From Oscillospiraceae bacterium (GTDB taxonomy: Bacteria > Bacillota > Clostridia > Oscillospirales > UBA644), in NCBI GenBank assembly GCA_902783255.1, contig CACZQB010000061.1:17859-81858 (forward strand): a stretch of DNA of 64,000 bases, given 5' to 3'. Positions 29,442 through 39,442 of the stretch are shown here, one piece after another; the stretch's first letter is position 1, and every line of letters starts with the position of its first letter. A program made the position numbers and the translations under genes. The notes under the pieces were generated by a model. It was not told the origin of the DNA, ran no database searches, and saw only the letters and a program-made list of their open reading frames with translations.

Positions 29442-30764
29442 GTGATCTTTGCTATTATTTCCGCAATACTGCTTTTTCTGTTTCTTGTTTATATTTTCTT
29501 TCTTGCGCGACCGCTTTCAAAAAATCCGCAAAACCCTGATGTTTTATGCGAATACGCTCACAGAGGGCTTTACGGCGGAAGTATTCCCGAAAACTCTCTT
29601 GCCGCGTTTGAACGGGCGATCAACCGTAGCGTTGGCATCGAGCTTGACGTTCAGTTGTCTTCAGACGGAGAAGTATTTGTTTTTCATGACAGCGATCTGA
29701 AAAGAATGACGGGTGTAAACGGGCAGCTTTGTAAAATGATGTCTCATCAGATCGAAGAACTTCGTTTATCCGAAACAGACATGCATATACCTAAGCTTAG
29801 TGAAGTTCTGTCTCTTGTTAACGGAAGAGTTCCGATACTCGTTGAATTGAAAGGTGAAAACCTTGACACCTCTCTCTGCGATAAAATCGCGCCGATTTTA
29901 AAAGAATATTCAGGGGATTATATAGTAGAGTCTTTTAATCCGTTTCTTATTCGAAAAATAAAAAAGCTTATTCCGGATGTTTTTGCAGGACAGCTGTATA
30001 CAAATGTATGCAAAGAACAGAAAAAATACAATCCCATTACGTTTATGCTCACCATTATGGCTTTTAATTTCGTCTCGCGTCCCGCTTTTATAGCGTATAA
30101 CAAAGAATACGGAAGATCTTTCCCTGTCCGGCTTACCACAGAGTTTTTTCATGCACATAAATTTGTGTGGACCGTAAAAGGGGAAGAGGAACTTCAATGC
30201 GCCCGTTCTCTTAAAGAACACGCCATTTTTGAGGAGGTTTTTGATACGAAAAAAACGGAACTCTCTTCTTCGGCATATTTTGCCGGCGGATGTTTTTGGT
30301 GCATTACCCCCGATTTTAAAGAAAAAAACGGAGTTGTGGCAGTTACTGCGGGCTTTTCCGGAGGAGAAGAGAAAGACCCGAGCTATCTTGATGTAAAACA
30401 TCAAAAAACAGGACACCGTGAAACCGTAAAAGTCGATTATGATCCCGATACCGTTTCTTTTGATGAGCTTTTTGATATTTTTTTATTAAATGTCGATCCT
30501 TTTGATAAAGACGGTCAGTTTATCGACAGAGGCCATTCTTACACTCTTGCGGTTTATTATACAAGCGAAAGCGAAAAGCATATCGCAGAAAAAAAGATAA
30601 CAGAACTTGAAACGGACTCGGGAAAAAGCGTTTATATAAGCGTGGAGCCGTTTAAAACCTTTTATGAAGCAGGGCAGGAGCATCAGGATTATTATCTTAA
30701 ACATCCTGAAGAATTTGCCTGCGAAATAAAAAATTCGGGCAGAAAAAAGAAAAATCTGAAATAA
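29442..30764 (+). CDS. membrane-anchored glycerophosphodiester phosphodiesterase fused to peptide-methionine (S)-S-oxide reductase MsrA
   Basis: One N-terminal TM segment. The GDPD motifs are AHRG...PENSLAAFERA and GIELDVQLSSDGEVFVFHD. After about residue 270 come MsrA motifs: GGCFWC, GHRETVKVDYDP, DPFDKDGQFIDRGHSY and HQDYYLKHP. It is one uninterrupted ORF with a GTG start. Confidence 0.8.
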   Translation: MIFAIISAILLFLFLVYIFFLARPLSKNPQNPDVLCEYAHRGLYGGSIPENSLAAFERAINRSVGIELDVQLSSDGEVFVFHDSDLKRMTGVNGQLCKMMSHQIEELRLSETDMHIPKLSEVLSLVNGRVPILVELKGENLDTSLCDKIAPILKEYSGDYIVESFNPFLIRKIKKLIPDVFAGQLYTNVCKEQKKYNPITFMLTIMAFNFVSRPAFIAYNKEYGRSFPVRLTTEFFHAHKFVWTVKGEEELQCARSLKEHAIFEEVFDTKKTELSSSAYFAGGCFWCITPDFKEKNGVVAVTAGFSGGEEKDPSYLDVKHQKTGHRETVKVDYDPDTVSFDELFDIFLLNVDPFDKDGQFIDRGHSYTLAVYYTSESEKHIAEKKITELETDSGKSVYISVEPFKTFYEAGQEHQDYYLKHPEEFACEIKNSGRKKKNLK

Positions 30765-30919
30765 AACATTATAAAGTGAGTTTCTGCGTCAAAATGTTTC
30801 GCTCTCGTGTAACAAAGTGACAAATCTTCAACAACTGATTTTACTGATATAATAATGTTGCAATATTCCATATTTTATGCTATAATACACCGGCTGTTGA
30901 TGAAACGAGGACAAATAGA

Positions 30920-32296
30920 ATGAACAATAATAATTCAATACTCCGGGGACCGCTTTTCTGGAATATTGTCAAATATACGATTCCGATAATTTTAACAAGC
31001 GTTCTGCAGCTGCTTTTCAACGCGGCAGATCTTGTTGTGGTAGGCAGATTCTGCGGCAGTATTTCCGTCGCGGCAGTCGGTGTTACCGGTTCTGTAACAA
31101 ACCTTATCATCAACCTCTTTGTCGGCCTTTCCGTAGGCGCAGGCGTTTCTGTAGCTCACGGATACGGCGGCAATGACGATCAGGCCGTCCACAGAACCGT
31201 CCATACGTCTTTGCCTACCGCGATTGTCAGCGGTATTATTCTTACCGCGATCGGTGTGATTTTTTCGAAGATATTTCTTGAACTTATGGGCACGCCTGAA
31301 AATGTTATCGGGCTTTCAACCGTATATATGCGGATCTATTTCTGCGGTATGACATTTTCAATGGTATACAACTTCTGCGCTTCAATTTTACGCGCAGTAG
31401 GGGATACGAGAAGTCCTCTTATATATCTTTCGGTTGCAGGCGTTGTAAATGTAATATTAAACATAGTTTTCGTTACGCTTTTTGATCTGAATGTAGCGGG
31501 CGTTGCGATTGCAACAATAATATCTCAGGGTATCTCCGCCGTTCTGGTTGTAAGAGCGCTTATGGTAAGAACAGATTCGTGCCGCCTGATCCTTTCTAAA
31601 ATGCGCTTTTATAAAATGCAGTTTTTTAAAATAGTCCGTATAGGACTTCCTGCCGGCATACAGGGCTCGCTTTTTTCTATTTCAAATGTAATAATACAGT
31701 CTTCCATAAACTCTTTCGGAGATATTTTCATGTCAGGTAATGCTGCGGCGGGCAATATCGAGGGCTTTGTGTATGTTACGATCAATGCGTTCCATCAGAC
31801 CGCAGTTAATTTCACCGGACAGTGCACGGGCGCAAAAAAATATAAACGCGCATTAAAATCGCTCTGGATCTGCCTTGCATGCGTTACAGTCGTCGGTCTT
31901 ATAAACGGCTCGCTTGTAAATATTTTCGGCAAACAGCTTTTATCTATTTACATAACCGATTCCGCCGAAGCGATTTCTGTCGGAATTATCAGATTAGCCT
32001 ATATTTCGCTCCCGTATTTCCTCTGCGGACTTATGGATGTAACGACAGGGGCTTTGCGCGGTATGGGTTCTTCCGTTTCTCCAATGATCATATCTGTTCT
32101 TGGCATATGCGGTCTGAGGATCGTATGGATATTTACTGTTTTTCAGCTTGAACAGTTTCACACGCCCGAGGTCCTCTATCTTTCGTATGTCGTTTCATGG
32201 ACCGTCACATTTATCGTTCAGCTTATAGCATTTTTTATCCACTACAAAAAACATGTCAAAGCTGATAAACTTTACGATCCGGCGCTGGATGAGTGA
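30920..32296 (+). CDS. MATE family efflux transporter
   Basis: 458 aa with 12 TM segments and a typical MATE N-terminus (PIILTSVLQLLFNAADLVVVGRF). Confidence 0.85.
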   Translation: MNNNNSILRGPLFWNIVKYTIPIILTSVLQLLFNAADLVVVGRFCGSISVAAVGVTGSVTNLIINLFVGLSVGAGVSVAHGYGGNDDQAVHRTVHTSLPTAIVSGIILTAIGVIFSKIFLELMGTPENVIGLSTVYMRIYFCGMTFSMVYNFCASILRAVGDTRSPLIYLSVAGVVNVILNIVFVTLFDLNVAGVAIATIISQGISAVLVVRALMVRTDSCRLILSKMRFYKMQFFKIVRIGLPAGIQGSLFSISNVIIQSSINSFGDIFMSGNAAAGNIEGFVYVTINAFHQTAVNFTGQCTGAKKYKRALKSLWICLACVTVVGLINGSLVNIFGKQLLSIYITDSAEAISVGIIRLAYISLPYFLCGLMDVTTGALRGMGSSVSPMIISVLGICGLRIVWIFTVFQLEQFHTPEVLYLSYVVSWTVTFIVQLIAFFIHYKKHVKADKLYDPALDE

Positions 32297-32439
32297 TATT
32301 TCTTTCTTTGCCGTAAAATACTATTTGTTTTTTTGTATGCAGTTTGATAAGATAAATAATATGTAATAAACCATATAAGCGACCGTTTTATGTTATGTAA
32401 TTAAATACCTGCTAAAGTTACTGAAAGGAAGATAGAATT

Positions 32440-34206
32440 ATGGGCAACATTCTTATCAATGCGACAGAAGTAAAAAACCGCGGCGGATGGGTTCTTGACA
32501 CACAGTTCGTTCTTACAATGGGAACTCCGTATCTCCTTGCGCACGGACTCGGCACCCCTGTTGACGACGCAAAAACAACGTTTTGCGTATCTGCTCCGGG
32601 CATCTATACCGCATACGCTTATACTTTCAACTGGGTGGCGCCGTGGAAACCTCAATACGCCCCCGGCATTTTCGAACTGCATATCGACGGTGAAAAAATC
32701 GGTGATGTTTATGGAAACAGCGGTGCCCGCTGGTCATGGCAAAAGGGCGGCAGAGTTTTTCTTGAAGAAGGATCTCATGAGCTTTTGCTGCACGATCTTA
32801 CGGGCTTTGAAGGTCGTGTAGGTATGATATTCCTTACAGATGAAGAAAATCCCGTTCTTCCCGAAAAACCAGAGGAAGTCAGACAATTTATATACTCCTG
32901 CATGGGATCAAAAGAACCTTCAGACGAGGGAGAATATGATCTTGTAGTCTGCGGAGGCGGCATTACGGGCATATGCGCGTCACTGTCCGCAGCAAGAAAC
33001 GGCGTGAAAGTTGCGCTTGTGCAGGACAGACCTGTAGTCGGCGGCAACAACAGTTCGGAAGTTCGTGTATGGCTTGGAGGGGAAACACATTTTGAACCGT
33101 TCCCCGGAATAGGTAATATTACAAATGAAATAGAACAGGCCATAGCAACACAGCACAGTTCCGATAACAAGCCCGAAAATTATGAGGACGAAAAAAAGCT
33201 CGGTTTGCTTTGCGCCGAAAAAAACATAACTCTTTATCTTGAAAACTCCGTCACAGATGTCGTTACGGAAAACGGTGTGATCAAGGGCGTTATATCGTGG
33301 GATTTCAAGAACGGCAAACGCCGCATTATACGCGGCAGACTTTTTGCGGACTGCACAGGTGACGCAACGATCGGCGCGCTGGCAGGAGCAGATTTTGAGG
33401 TGACCACAAACGGACACATGGGTATGACGTGTATGTGGTATCTTGAAGATACGGGTAAAGAAGAAACGTTCCCAGAATGCCCATGGGCAATCGATCTTTC
33501 GAATGCCGATTTTCCCGGCCGTCTGAACGCTGAACGGAATAACGAAAAAAATGAAGAGGGAAAGCTTGGCTGCTGGTATTGGGAGTGCGGTATGGAACAC
33601 GACCCGATAGCCAAAATGGAATATGCCCGTGATTTATGTTTTCGCGCAATGTTCGGCGCCGTAGACGCAATGAAAAACAAAGACGGTACATATAAAAACT
33701 ACAAACCCGGTTTTTGCGCGTATATAGCAGGCAAACGCGAATCTAGAAGACTCTTCGGCGATATAATTATGACTAAAAGCGATGTTCTTAAAGGCGTCGA
33801 ATATCCCGATTCATGTGTTCCGTCCACATGGAATTTTGATGTTCATTACCCTGACAGAAAGTATTATGCGGCATTTCACGAAGGCGATGCGTTTATTGCT
33901 AAAGACTATCACGAACCGTTTAAAAAGCCGTATTTTATTCCATACAGATCACTTTATTCAAGAAATATCTCAAATCTTTTTATGGCAGGCAGAAATATAA
34001 GCGTATCTCACGATGCCCTGGGAACAGCGCGTGTTATGCGAACATGCGGTATGATGGGTGAGGTAGTCGGATATGCCGCAAAATACTGCATACGCTATTC
34101 ATGCGATCCGCGTGAAGTTTATAGCGGACATATCGAAGAATTTATAAACGAATTGAAATCGATTCCGGCTAAAAAAGAAAACAGACTTGTTGCCAATATG
34201 CCGTAA
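32440..34206 (+). CDS. FAD-dependent oxidoreductase with N-terminal ~150-aa beta-rich domain
   Basis: Rossmann dinucleotide motif DLVVCGGGITGICASLSAARNGVKVALVQDRPVVGGN. 588 aa. Confidence 0.7.
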   Translation: MGNILINATEVKNRGGWVLDTQFVLTMGTPYLLAHGLGTPVDDAKTTFCVSAPGIYTAYAYTFNWVAPWKPQYAPGIFELHIDGEKIGDVYGNSGARWSWQKGGRVFLEEGSHELLLHDLTGFEGRVGMIFLTDEENPVLPEKPEEVRQFIYSCMGSKEPSDEGEYDLVVCGGGITGICASLSAARNGVKVALVQDRPVVGGNNSSEVRVWLGGETHFEPFPGIGNITNEIEQAIATQHSSDNKPENYEDEKKLGLLCAEKNITLYLENSVTDVVTENGVIKGVISWDFKNGKRRIIRGRLFADCTGDATIGALAGADFEVTTNGHMGMTCMWYLEDTGKEETFPECPWAIDLSNADFPGRLNAERNNEKNEEGKLGCWYWECGMEHDPIAKMEYARDLCFRAMFGAVDAMKNKDGTYKNYKPGFCAYIAGKRESRRLFGDIIMTKSDVLKGVEYPDSCVPSTWNFDVHYPDRKYYAAFHEGDAFIAKDYHEPFKKPYFIPYRSLYSRNISNLFMAGRNISVSHDALGTARVMRTCGMMGEVVGYAAKYCIRYSCDPREVYSGHIEEFINELKSIPAKKENRLVANMP

Positions 34207-34242
34207 AATCTGAACGACCGGATAATAATAACAGTGAAATAC

Positions 34243-34290
34243 AAAACGACCATGCGGAGAAGTAACTTTTCCGCATGGTCGTTTCTGTTC
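34243..34290. terminator. bidirectional intrinsic terminator (FAD oxidoreductase gene / aro operon end)
   Basis: A perfect 13-bp stem, ACGACCATGCGGA 34246-34258 with TCCGCATGGTCGT 34270-34282, has T-rich tracts on both strands. Confidence 0.75.
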
Positions 34291-34330
34291 TTTATTCTTT
34301 ATGAAAAAGTATTATATACTGTATGCTTAT

Positions 34331-34756
34331 TTACTTTTCTGCCAGAATACGAAGAGCTTCGATATATCCGGCAAATCCCTTTCCCTTTACTGTTGCGGCG
34401 CAAACAGGTCTGACATACGATATTTTTCTGAATTCCTCTCTCGTGTCGGGGTCTGATATGTGGACCTCCACTGTTTTAATGCCTACTGCTTTGATCGCAT
34501 CGGCGATCGCAATGCTCGTATGCGTATATGCCGCCGGATTAATTATTATTCCGTCAAATACGCCGTATGCCTTCTGTATTTCGTCTACTATTTCACCTTC
34601 ATGATTAGATTGAAAAAAACTGACTGAAACGCTGATATTATCAGCTTCTTTTTTTATCTTATCAATAAGCTCGGCATAAGTTTCTTTGCCGTAAATATCA
34701 GGCTCGCGTATTCCGAGCATATTGATGTTCGGACCGTTAATAACAAGAATTTTCAA
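34331..34756 (-). CDS. aroQ: type II 3-dehydroquinate dehydratase
   Basis: (L/M)KILVINGPNINMLGIREPDIYG is the canonical AroQ N-terminus. A TTG start (complement of 34754-34756) has GGAGGG upstream. The ORF track extends further 5'. Confidence 0.9.
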   Translation of the reverse strand: MKILVINGPNINMLGIREPDIYGKETYAELIDKIKKEADNISVSVSFFQSNHEGEIVDEIQKAYGVFDGIIINPAAYTHTSIAIADAIKAVGIKTVEVHISDPDTREEFRKISYVRPVCAATVKGKGFAGYIEALRILAEK

Positions 34757-35978
34757 AAAAATCCCTCCGTATCTTTTCTGCGGTATCTTCAGGCGTTGCA
34801 TTGTTCTCTACACAGACATCTCTGAACTTTTCATACATCGGCATTCTTTTTTTATACATTTCAACAAGATTGGCGCCTTGCGAAAGCGGACGTCCGTTTG
34901 TGGAAAGCAGAGAAATATCTCTTTTTATTTCGTATATCCGTCCGTTTTGTTTCAGAGAGTCATAGTTTGCATCTACCGTAACTGCTCCGCCTCCGGTTAC
35001 GATTATTTTGCCTGATTTTTTCCCCTCGTTTTCAATTATCCTTTGCTCTGTTTCGCGAAAACCCTTTTCTTTGCATTCTTCAAATATCTGAGGAATGCTT
35101 TTACCTGTTTCCTGCTCTATGATCTTGTCGATATCAATCACTTCTCTTCCGGTAAGCAGGGAAAGAGCAGCTCCCACCGTGCTTTTTCCGCTGCCCGGCA
35201 TGCCGATAAGAACGATGTTTTCTTTCTCTTTTGCAAGCAGATCTGCCTTTTTTTTGGCGGTCTTTTCATCTGTTTCCGTGTCAAAAAAATACCCGTTGGC
35301 TTTTATTGCCTGTGCTGTAAGCATTATCAGACCGCCTGCAAACGGTATGCCGAGTTTTTTTGCGTCAAGGAGCAGTTTTGTGCGAAGCGGATTGTATATC
35401 ATATCCGCAACCCCGCAGCATGAGGAAAAATTTTCAAGCTCAACAGGCGATTTTCCGTTATCGGGGAACATTCCTACAGGCGTAGCGTTTATTATTATGT
35501 CCGCATCGTAATGTATGTCTATATTCCCATAATTATCTTTACCGCTTCGCGAAATCGTTACCACTTCTTTGGCTCCAAGATGCTTTACGCAGTAATCTGC
35601 CGTCTTCCCCGCGCCTCCGCTGCCAAGAACGATCACTTTTTTCCCTTCAACATTTATCCCGCCGTTTTTAAGCATTGCTTCAAAACCGTATTTATCCGTA
35701 TTGTAACCGAATAGTTTACCGTTTCTGTTCACTATGGTGTTTACTGCACCTATTTCTTTTGCTTCGGGCGAAATAAAATCGCAGTAATCCATTACAGCAA
35801 CTTTATACGGAATAGTAACGTTCAGGGCGCCGATATTCTTTTGACGTATAAACGATCCAAGGTCGTCGGGCTCAAGTTCATAAAGTCTGTAAGCGTTGTT
35901 GCCGAGCATTCGGTGAACTGAAACGGAATAGCTGTGACCGAGTTTTCTGCCCAGAAGCCCGTAGATTTTATCTTCCAT
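34737..35978 (-). CDS. aroE: fused shikimate dehydrogenase / shikimate kinase
   Basis: The N-terminal ~270 aa are AroE-like (YGLLGRKLGHSYSVSVH, NVTIPYK, GSGGAGK). The C-terminal ~150 aa are AroK-like (NIVLIGMPGSGKSTVG Walker A). It is a single ORF. Confidence 0.85.
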   Translation of the reverse strand: MEDKIYGLLGRKLGHSYSVSVHRMLGNNAYRLYELEPDDLGSFIRQKNIGALNVTIPYKVAVMDYCDFISPEAKEIGAVNTIVNRNGKLFGYNTDKYGFEAMLKNGGINVEGKKVIVLGSGGAGKTADYCVKHLGAKEVVTISRSGKDNYGNIDIHYDADIIINATPVGMFPDNGKSPVELENFSSCCGVADMIYNPLRTKLLLDAKKLGIPFAGGLIMLTAQAIKANGYFFDTETDEKTAKKKADLLAKEKENIVLIGMPGSGKSTVGAALSLLTGREVIDIDKIIEQETGKSIPQIFEECKEKGFRETEQRIIENEGKKSGKIIVTGGGAVTVDANYDSLKQNGRIYEIKRDISLLSTNGRPLSQGANLVEMYKKRMPMYEKFRDVCVENNATPEDTAEKIRRDFFENSCY

Positions 35979-37118
35979 TCATTCCTCCGAATAATTTCCG
36001 AGAAAAATCAGCTTTTTGCACTCATTTTCAATGCTTTCGAGCATTGAAACTGTTTTTTTGTCATTTACGCTCGATGCTATTTCAAAAAAGAACATGAAGT
36101 CAAAATTTCTGCCCACGATCGGACAGCTTTCAACCTTCAGTATATCTATCTCAAGTGCGGCGATTTTAGCTATTATAGAGTAAAGCATTCCCGGCTTGTT
36201 TTCGCACTCAACAACAAAGCTTATTCTGTTTGCACCCGGATATATTTCAGCGTTTTTAGAAATACAGATAAAACGAGTATAATTATTGTCGCTGTTTTGT
36301 ATATCTTCCGCAATACATTCAAGTCCGTAAAGTGCGCATCCTGAATGAGAAGCGATCGCCGCAACAGTGCGGTCCTTCCCGTCTGCAACGGATTTTGCCG
36401 CCATGGCTGTGTTCGGGAACGACTTGATAACTGCTTTTGAACCAATCTTTTTCAAAAATTCACTGCATTGACCGAGCGCCTGTTCGTGCGATCGTATTTC
36501 TTTTATATCTTCTAATCGTGTTCCGGGTAATGCGAGAAGTTCATGTCGGATAAAAAGACGGCCGCTTTTAACGATCTTTACGTTTTTTTTATGAAGCAGT
36601 TCGTATGTCGCCTTCACAGGACCATTGGAGCTGTTTTCGATCGGAACTACACCGTAACGGCAAAATCCGTTTTCCACTGCATCAAAAACAGCTTCAAAAG
36701 TTTTGAAAAACATCAGATTTCCGCGAGGAAAGAGTTTTGTTGCCGCCTCTTCGGAATATGCTCCTTCAACGCCCTGACATGCAACCGTAGCTCTCTGCGG
36801 AAGTGCCTGTTCGGAAACAGTCAAAGCTTTTTCTGTTTCCTCTTTGATTTTTGATTTTCCGTCAAACAGCGTCGCCTGATATGCTCTGCTCAGCTCAAAG
36901 ATCATCATATATAGTCTGTGCGAGTATTGCTCCAGATCACCGCTTTCGCTCATCACACGCTCAAGTATTTCATTTTCTCTCGTTTTGCTCAGAATCGGCA
37001 GCGAATGCTCTTTTTTATACTTCACTGCTTCTGCCGAAAGCTTCATTCTTTCAAGAAAAAGCGGAAGAAGTTGAGAGTCTATTGCATCGATTTCTTTTCT
37101 GATATCAGATAATTCCAT
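35979..37118 (-). CDS. pheA: bifunctional chorismate mutase / prephenate dehydratase (P-protein)
   Basis: CM domain LSDIRKEIDAIDSQLLPLFLERMKL, then a PDT domain (VACQGVEGAYSE ... IENSSNGPV), then a C-terminal ACT domain. ATG 37116-37118 has GGAGGAAAAG upstream. Confidence 0.9.
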   Translation of the reverse strand: MELSDIRKEIDAIDSQLLPLFLERMKLSAEAVKYKKEHSLPILSKTRENEILERVMSESGDLEQYSHRLYMMIFELSRAYQATLFDGKSKIKEETEKALTVSEQALPQRATVACQGVEGAYSEEAATKLFPRGNLMFFKTFEAVFDAVENGFCRYGVVPIENSSNGPVKATYELLHKKNVKIVKSGRLFIRHELLALPGTRLEDIKEIRSHEQALGQCSEFLKKIGSKAVIKSFPNTAMAAKSVADGKDRTVAAIASHSGCALYGLECIAEDIQNSDNNYTRFICISKNAEIYPGANRISFVVECENKPGMLYSIIAKIAALEIDILKVESCPIVGRNFDFMFFFEIASSVNDKKTVSMLESIENECKKLIFLGNYSEE

Positions 37119-38196
37119 TCTTTTCCTCCAGAAGCATATCAAGCAACACCGTTGAGGCAACTGCTTCGATTACAGGAACAGCTCTCACAGCCACACACGG
37201 ATCATGTCTGCCCCTTACGGTTATAAATGCATTTTCAAGTGTTTCAAGATTTACTGTTTTCTGCTCTTTTCCTATAGACGGTGTCGGTTTGAATGCTGCC
37301 CTGAATATTATAGGCATTCCGGTAGAAATACCTCCCAGTATCCCTCCGCAATTGTTGGTGGATGTCCTTATTGCACCGTTTTTTACTTCAAACGCATCAT
37401 TGTTTTCAGACCCCAGCATCTGTGACGATGAAAAACCTGAGCCGAATTCTATACCTTTTACAGAAGGAATGCCGAAAACAGCAAGCGCAATACGGCTTTC
37501 TATTCCATCAAACATCGGCGATCCTAATCCGGACGGAATACCAATAACGGCGCACTCGATAACTGCTCCGACTGAATCATTTTCAGCCGCCGCTGACTTT
37601 ATCACGTCAATCATCTTATTACCGCAAGTATCGTTTATTACGGGGAATGCTTTCAACGAGATATCTTTAAACATTTCTTTTGTTGGTTCAAGCGGAAAAC
37701 ACTCGTCTTTTTCTTTACCGACCGATGCGATATGCGCCCCGATATTTATTCCCCGCCTTTCGAGTATCTGCTTTGCTATTCCTCCCGCAATACATAAAGG
37801 TGCGGTCATTCTTCCGGAAAAATGACCTCCTCCGCGCAGATCCGCGTTTTTACCGTATTTAACAACAGCCGTATAATCGGCATGTCCCGGTCTGGGTGTT
37901 ACGTTGAATCCGTTGTAATCCGATGAATGCGCATCATTGTTTTCGATTATCGCACAAATCGGTGCGCCGCATGTTTTACCGTCCTTTATTCCCGAAAGAA
38001 AAATCGGGATATCCGACTCTTTTCTGCCTGTTGTATAATCATTCCTCCCGGGGGCGCGTCTTGACATAAAAACACGAAGTTCATCTTCGTCTATTTCTTC
38101 TCCTGCAGGCAGACCGTCTATATTAACGCCTATCGCTTTTCCGTGTGACTGACCGAAAACAGATATTTTAAGTGCTTTTCCGTATTCAGATGACAT
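37105..38196 (-). CDS. aroC: chorismate synthase
   Basis: FGQSHGKAIG, RPGHADY and GRHDPC motifs. Confidence 0.95.
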   Translation of the reverse strand: MSSEYGKALKISVFGQSHGKAIGVNIDGLPAGEEIDEDELRVFMSRRAPGRNDYTTGRKESDIPIFLSGIKDGKTCGAPICAIIENNDAHSSDYNGFNVTPRPGHADYTAVVKYGKNADLRGGGHFSGRMTAPLCIAGGIAKQILERRGINIGAHIASVGKEKDECFPLEPTKEMFKDISLKAFPVINDTCGNKMIDVIKSAAAENDSVGAVIECAVIGIPSGLGSPMFDGIESRIALAVFGIPSVKGIEFGSGFSSSQMLGSENNDAFEVKNGAIRTSTNNCGGILGGISTGMPIIFRAAFKPTPSIGKEQKTVNLETLENAFITVRGRHDPCVAVRAVPVIEAVASTVLLDMLLEEKNGII

Positions 38197-39442
38197 TCGT
38201 TATCCCTCCGAGTTTATTAAAGTCTGAAAAAAAAGTAGGATATGATTTATTTATTGCCTGTGCGCCTTTGATAATAACATTTTTTTTGCATGCTGTGGCG
38301 GCAGCAGCAGCTGCCATAACTATTCTGTGGTCATTTGCCCCGTTCGCAGTTCCGCCTGCAAGCTCGCCGTTTCCGAAAACCTTAATTCCGTCTTCTGTTT
38401 CTGCTGCTTTTCCGCCGAGAGCCGTCAGTAATTCAACTGTTGAAGCAATTCTGTCGCTTTCTTTTGTACGCAGTCTTCTGCCGCCGCTGAATTCGGATGT
38501 GCCCTTCGCGAAAGCGGCTAAAACAGCAAGTGCAGGCAACATATCTGGAATCTGGGAGATATCCGTGTCGAAAGTGCGAAGGTCTCCTTTTGAAATAATT
38601 ATACTGTTTTCTTTTACTTCAATATTCGCACCGGATCGTCTTAATATTTCCGTCGCTGCCTTATCTCCCTGCGCGCTTGACAGCGACAGCCCGTTGATCT
38701 CAACTTTGCCTTTGATCGCTGCGGCAACCATAAAAAACAACGCATTAGACCAGTCACCGTCAGCGGTTACCGTTTCAGGTGACGTGAAACCTCCGTTGCC
38801 GTATATCGTGTACTTTCCGCTTTCCGCTGTTATTTCCGCTCCGAAAAGTTTCAGCGTTGATAATGTCATATCAACATATGACGACGACTCAAGAGGTGAT
38901 GTCAAAATTATTTCGCTTTTGCCTTCAACTAAGCAAAGCGCAGTAAGAAGCCCCGAGACATACTGTGAACTGACATTGCCGGGCAATAAAAATCTGCCGT
39001 GATTCAATTTGCCTTCAGATTCAAACGGTAGTTTCTTGCCTGAAAAAGAAACTCCGCCTGACTCGATCGCTGACATAAGCTCCTCAATCGGTCTTGCGGG
39101 CAAACGGCCTCGTCCCGAAAAAGAGGCTTTTTCGCAAACTGCGCATGCGACCGGAAGAAGAAAGCGTAACGTCGTTCCGCTCTCCATACAGTCAAAAACA
39201 GGGTATTCCGCCACTTTTTTTATCGGAGTGACCACGCATTTCCCGTCCGATATTTCTGCTTTCGCGCCGAGCGCTTTCAGACAGTTTAAAGTAGCATTTA
39301 TATCGTCCGAACAAAAGAAACTTCGTATTTCCGTCTTTTTATCTGCAAAAGCAGAACATATAAGCAGCCTGTGTATATCGGATTTTGAGCCTATGGCATT
39401 GATTTTTCCGAACAGAGGGGAGGGGGTTATGTTGATATCCAT
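38186..39442 (-). CDS. aroA: 3-phosphoshikimate 1-carboxyvinyltransferase (EPSP synthase)
   Basis: GSKSDIHRLLI, ESGTTLRFL and DHRIVMA motifs. 418 aa. Confidence 0.95.
   Translation of the reverse strand: MDINITPSPLFGKINAIGSKSDIHRLLICSAFADKKTEIRSFFCSDDINATLNCLKALGAKAEISDGKCVVTPIKKVAEYPVFDCMESGTTLRFLLPVACAVCEKASFSGRGRLPARPIEELMSAIESGGVSFSGKKLPFESEGKLNHGRFLLPGNVSSQYVSGLLTALCLVEGKSEIILTSPLESSSYVDMTLSTLKLFGAEITAESGKYTIYGNGGFTSPETVTADGDWSNALFFMVAAAIKGKVEINGLSLSSAQGDKAATEILRRSGANIEVKENSIIISKGDLRTFDTDISQIPDMLPALAVLAAFAKGTSEFSGGRRLRTKESDRIASTVELLTALGGKAAETEDGIKVFGNGELAGGTANGANDHRIVMAAAAAATACKKNVIIKGAQAINKSYPTFFSDFNKLGGITNVI

Noticed and set aside
25262-34206. An integrated mobile element at tRNA-Gly.
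   Set aside because: No integrase or recombinase, no phage or conjugation genes, and no visible direct repeat of the tRNA 3' end. It is kept only as a low-interest variable-region hypothesis.
38172-39002. A 276-aa plus-strand ORF antisense to aroA.
   Set aside because: It is a shadow ORF: S/P/A/I-rich and low-complexity, with no RBS, and entirely inside a strongly supported EPSP synthase gene.
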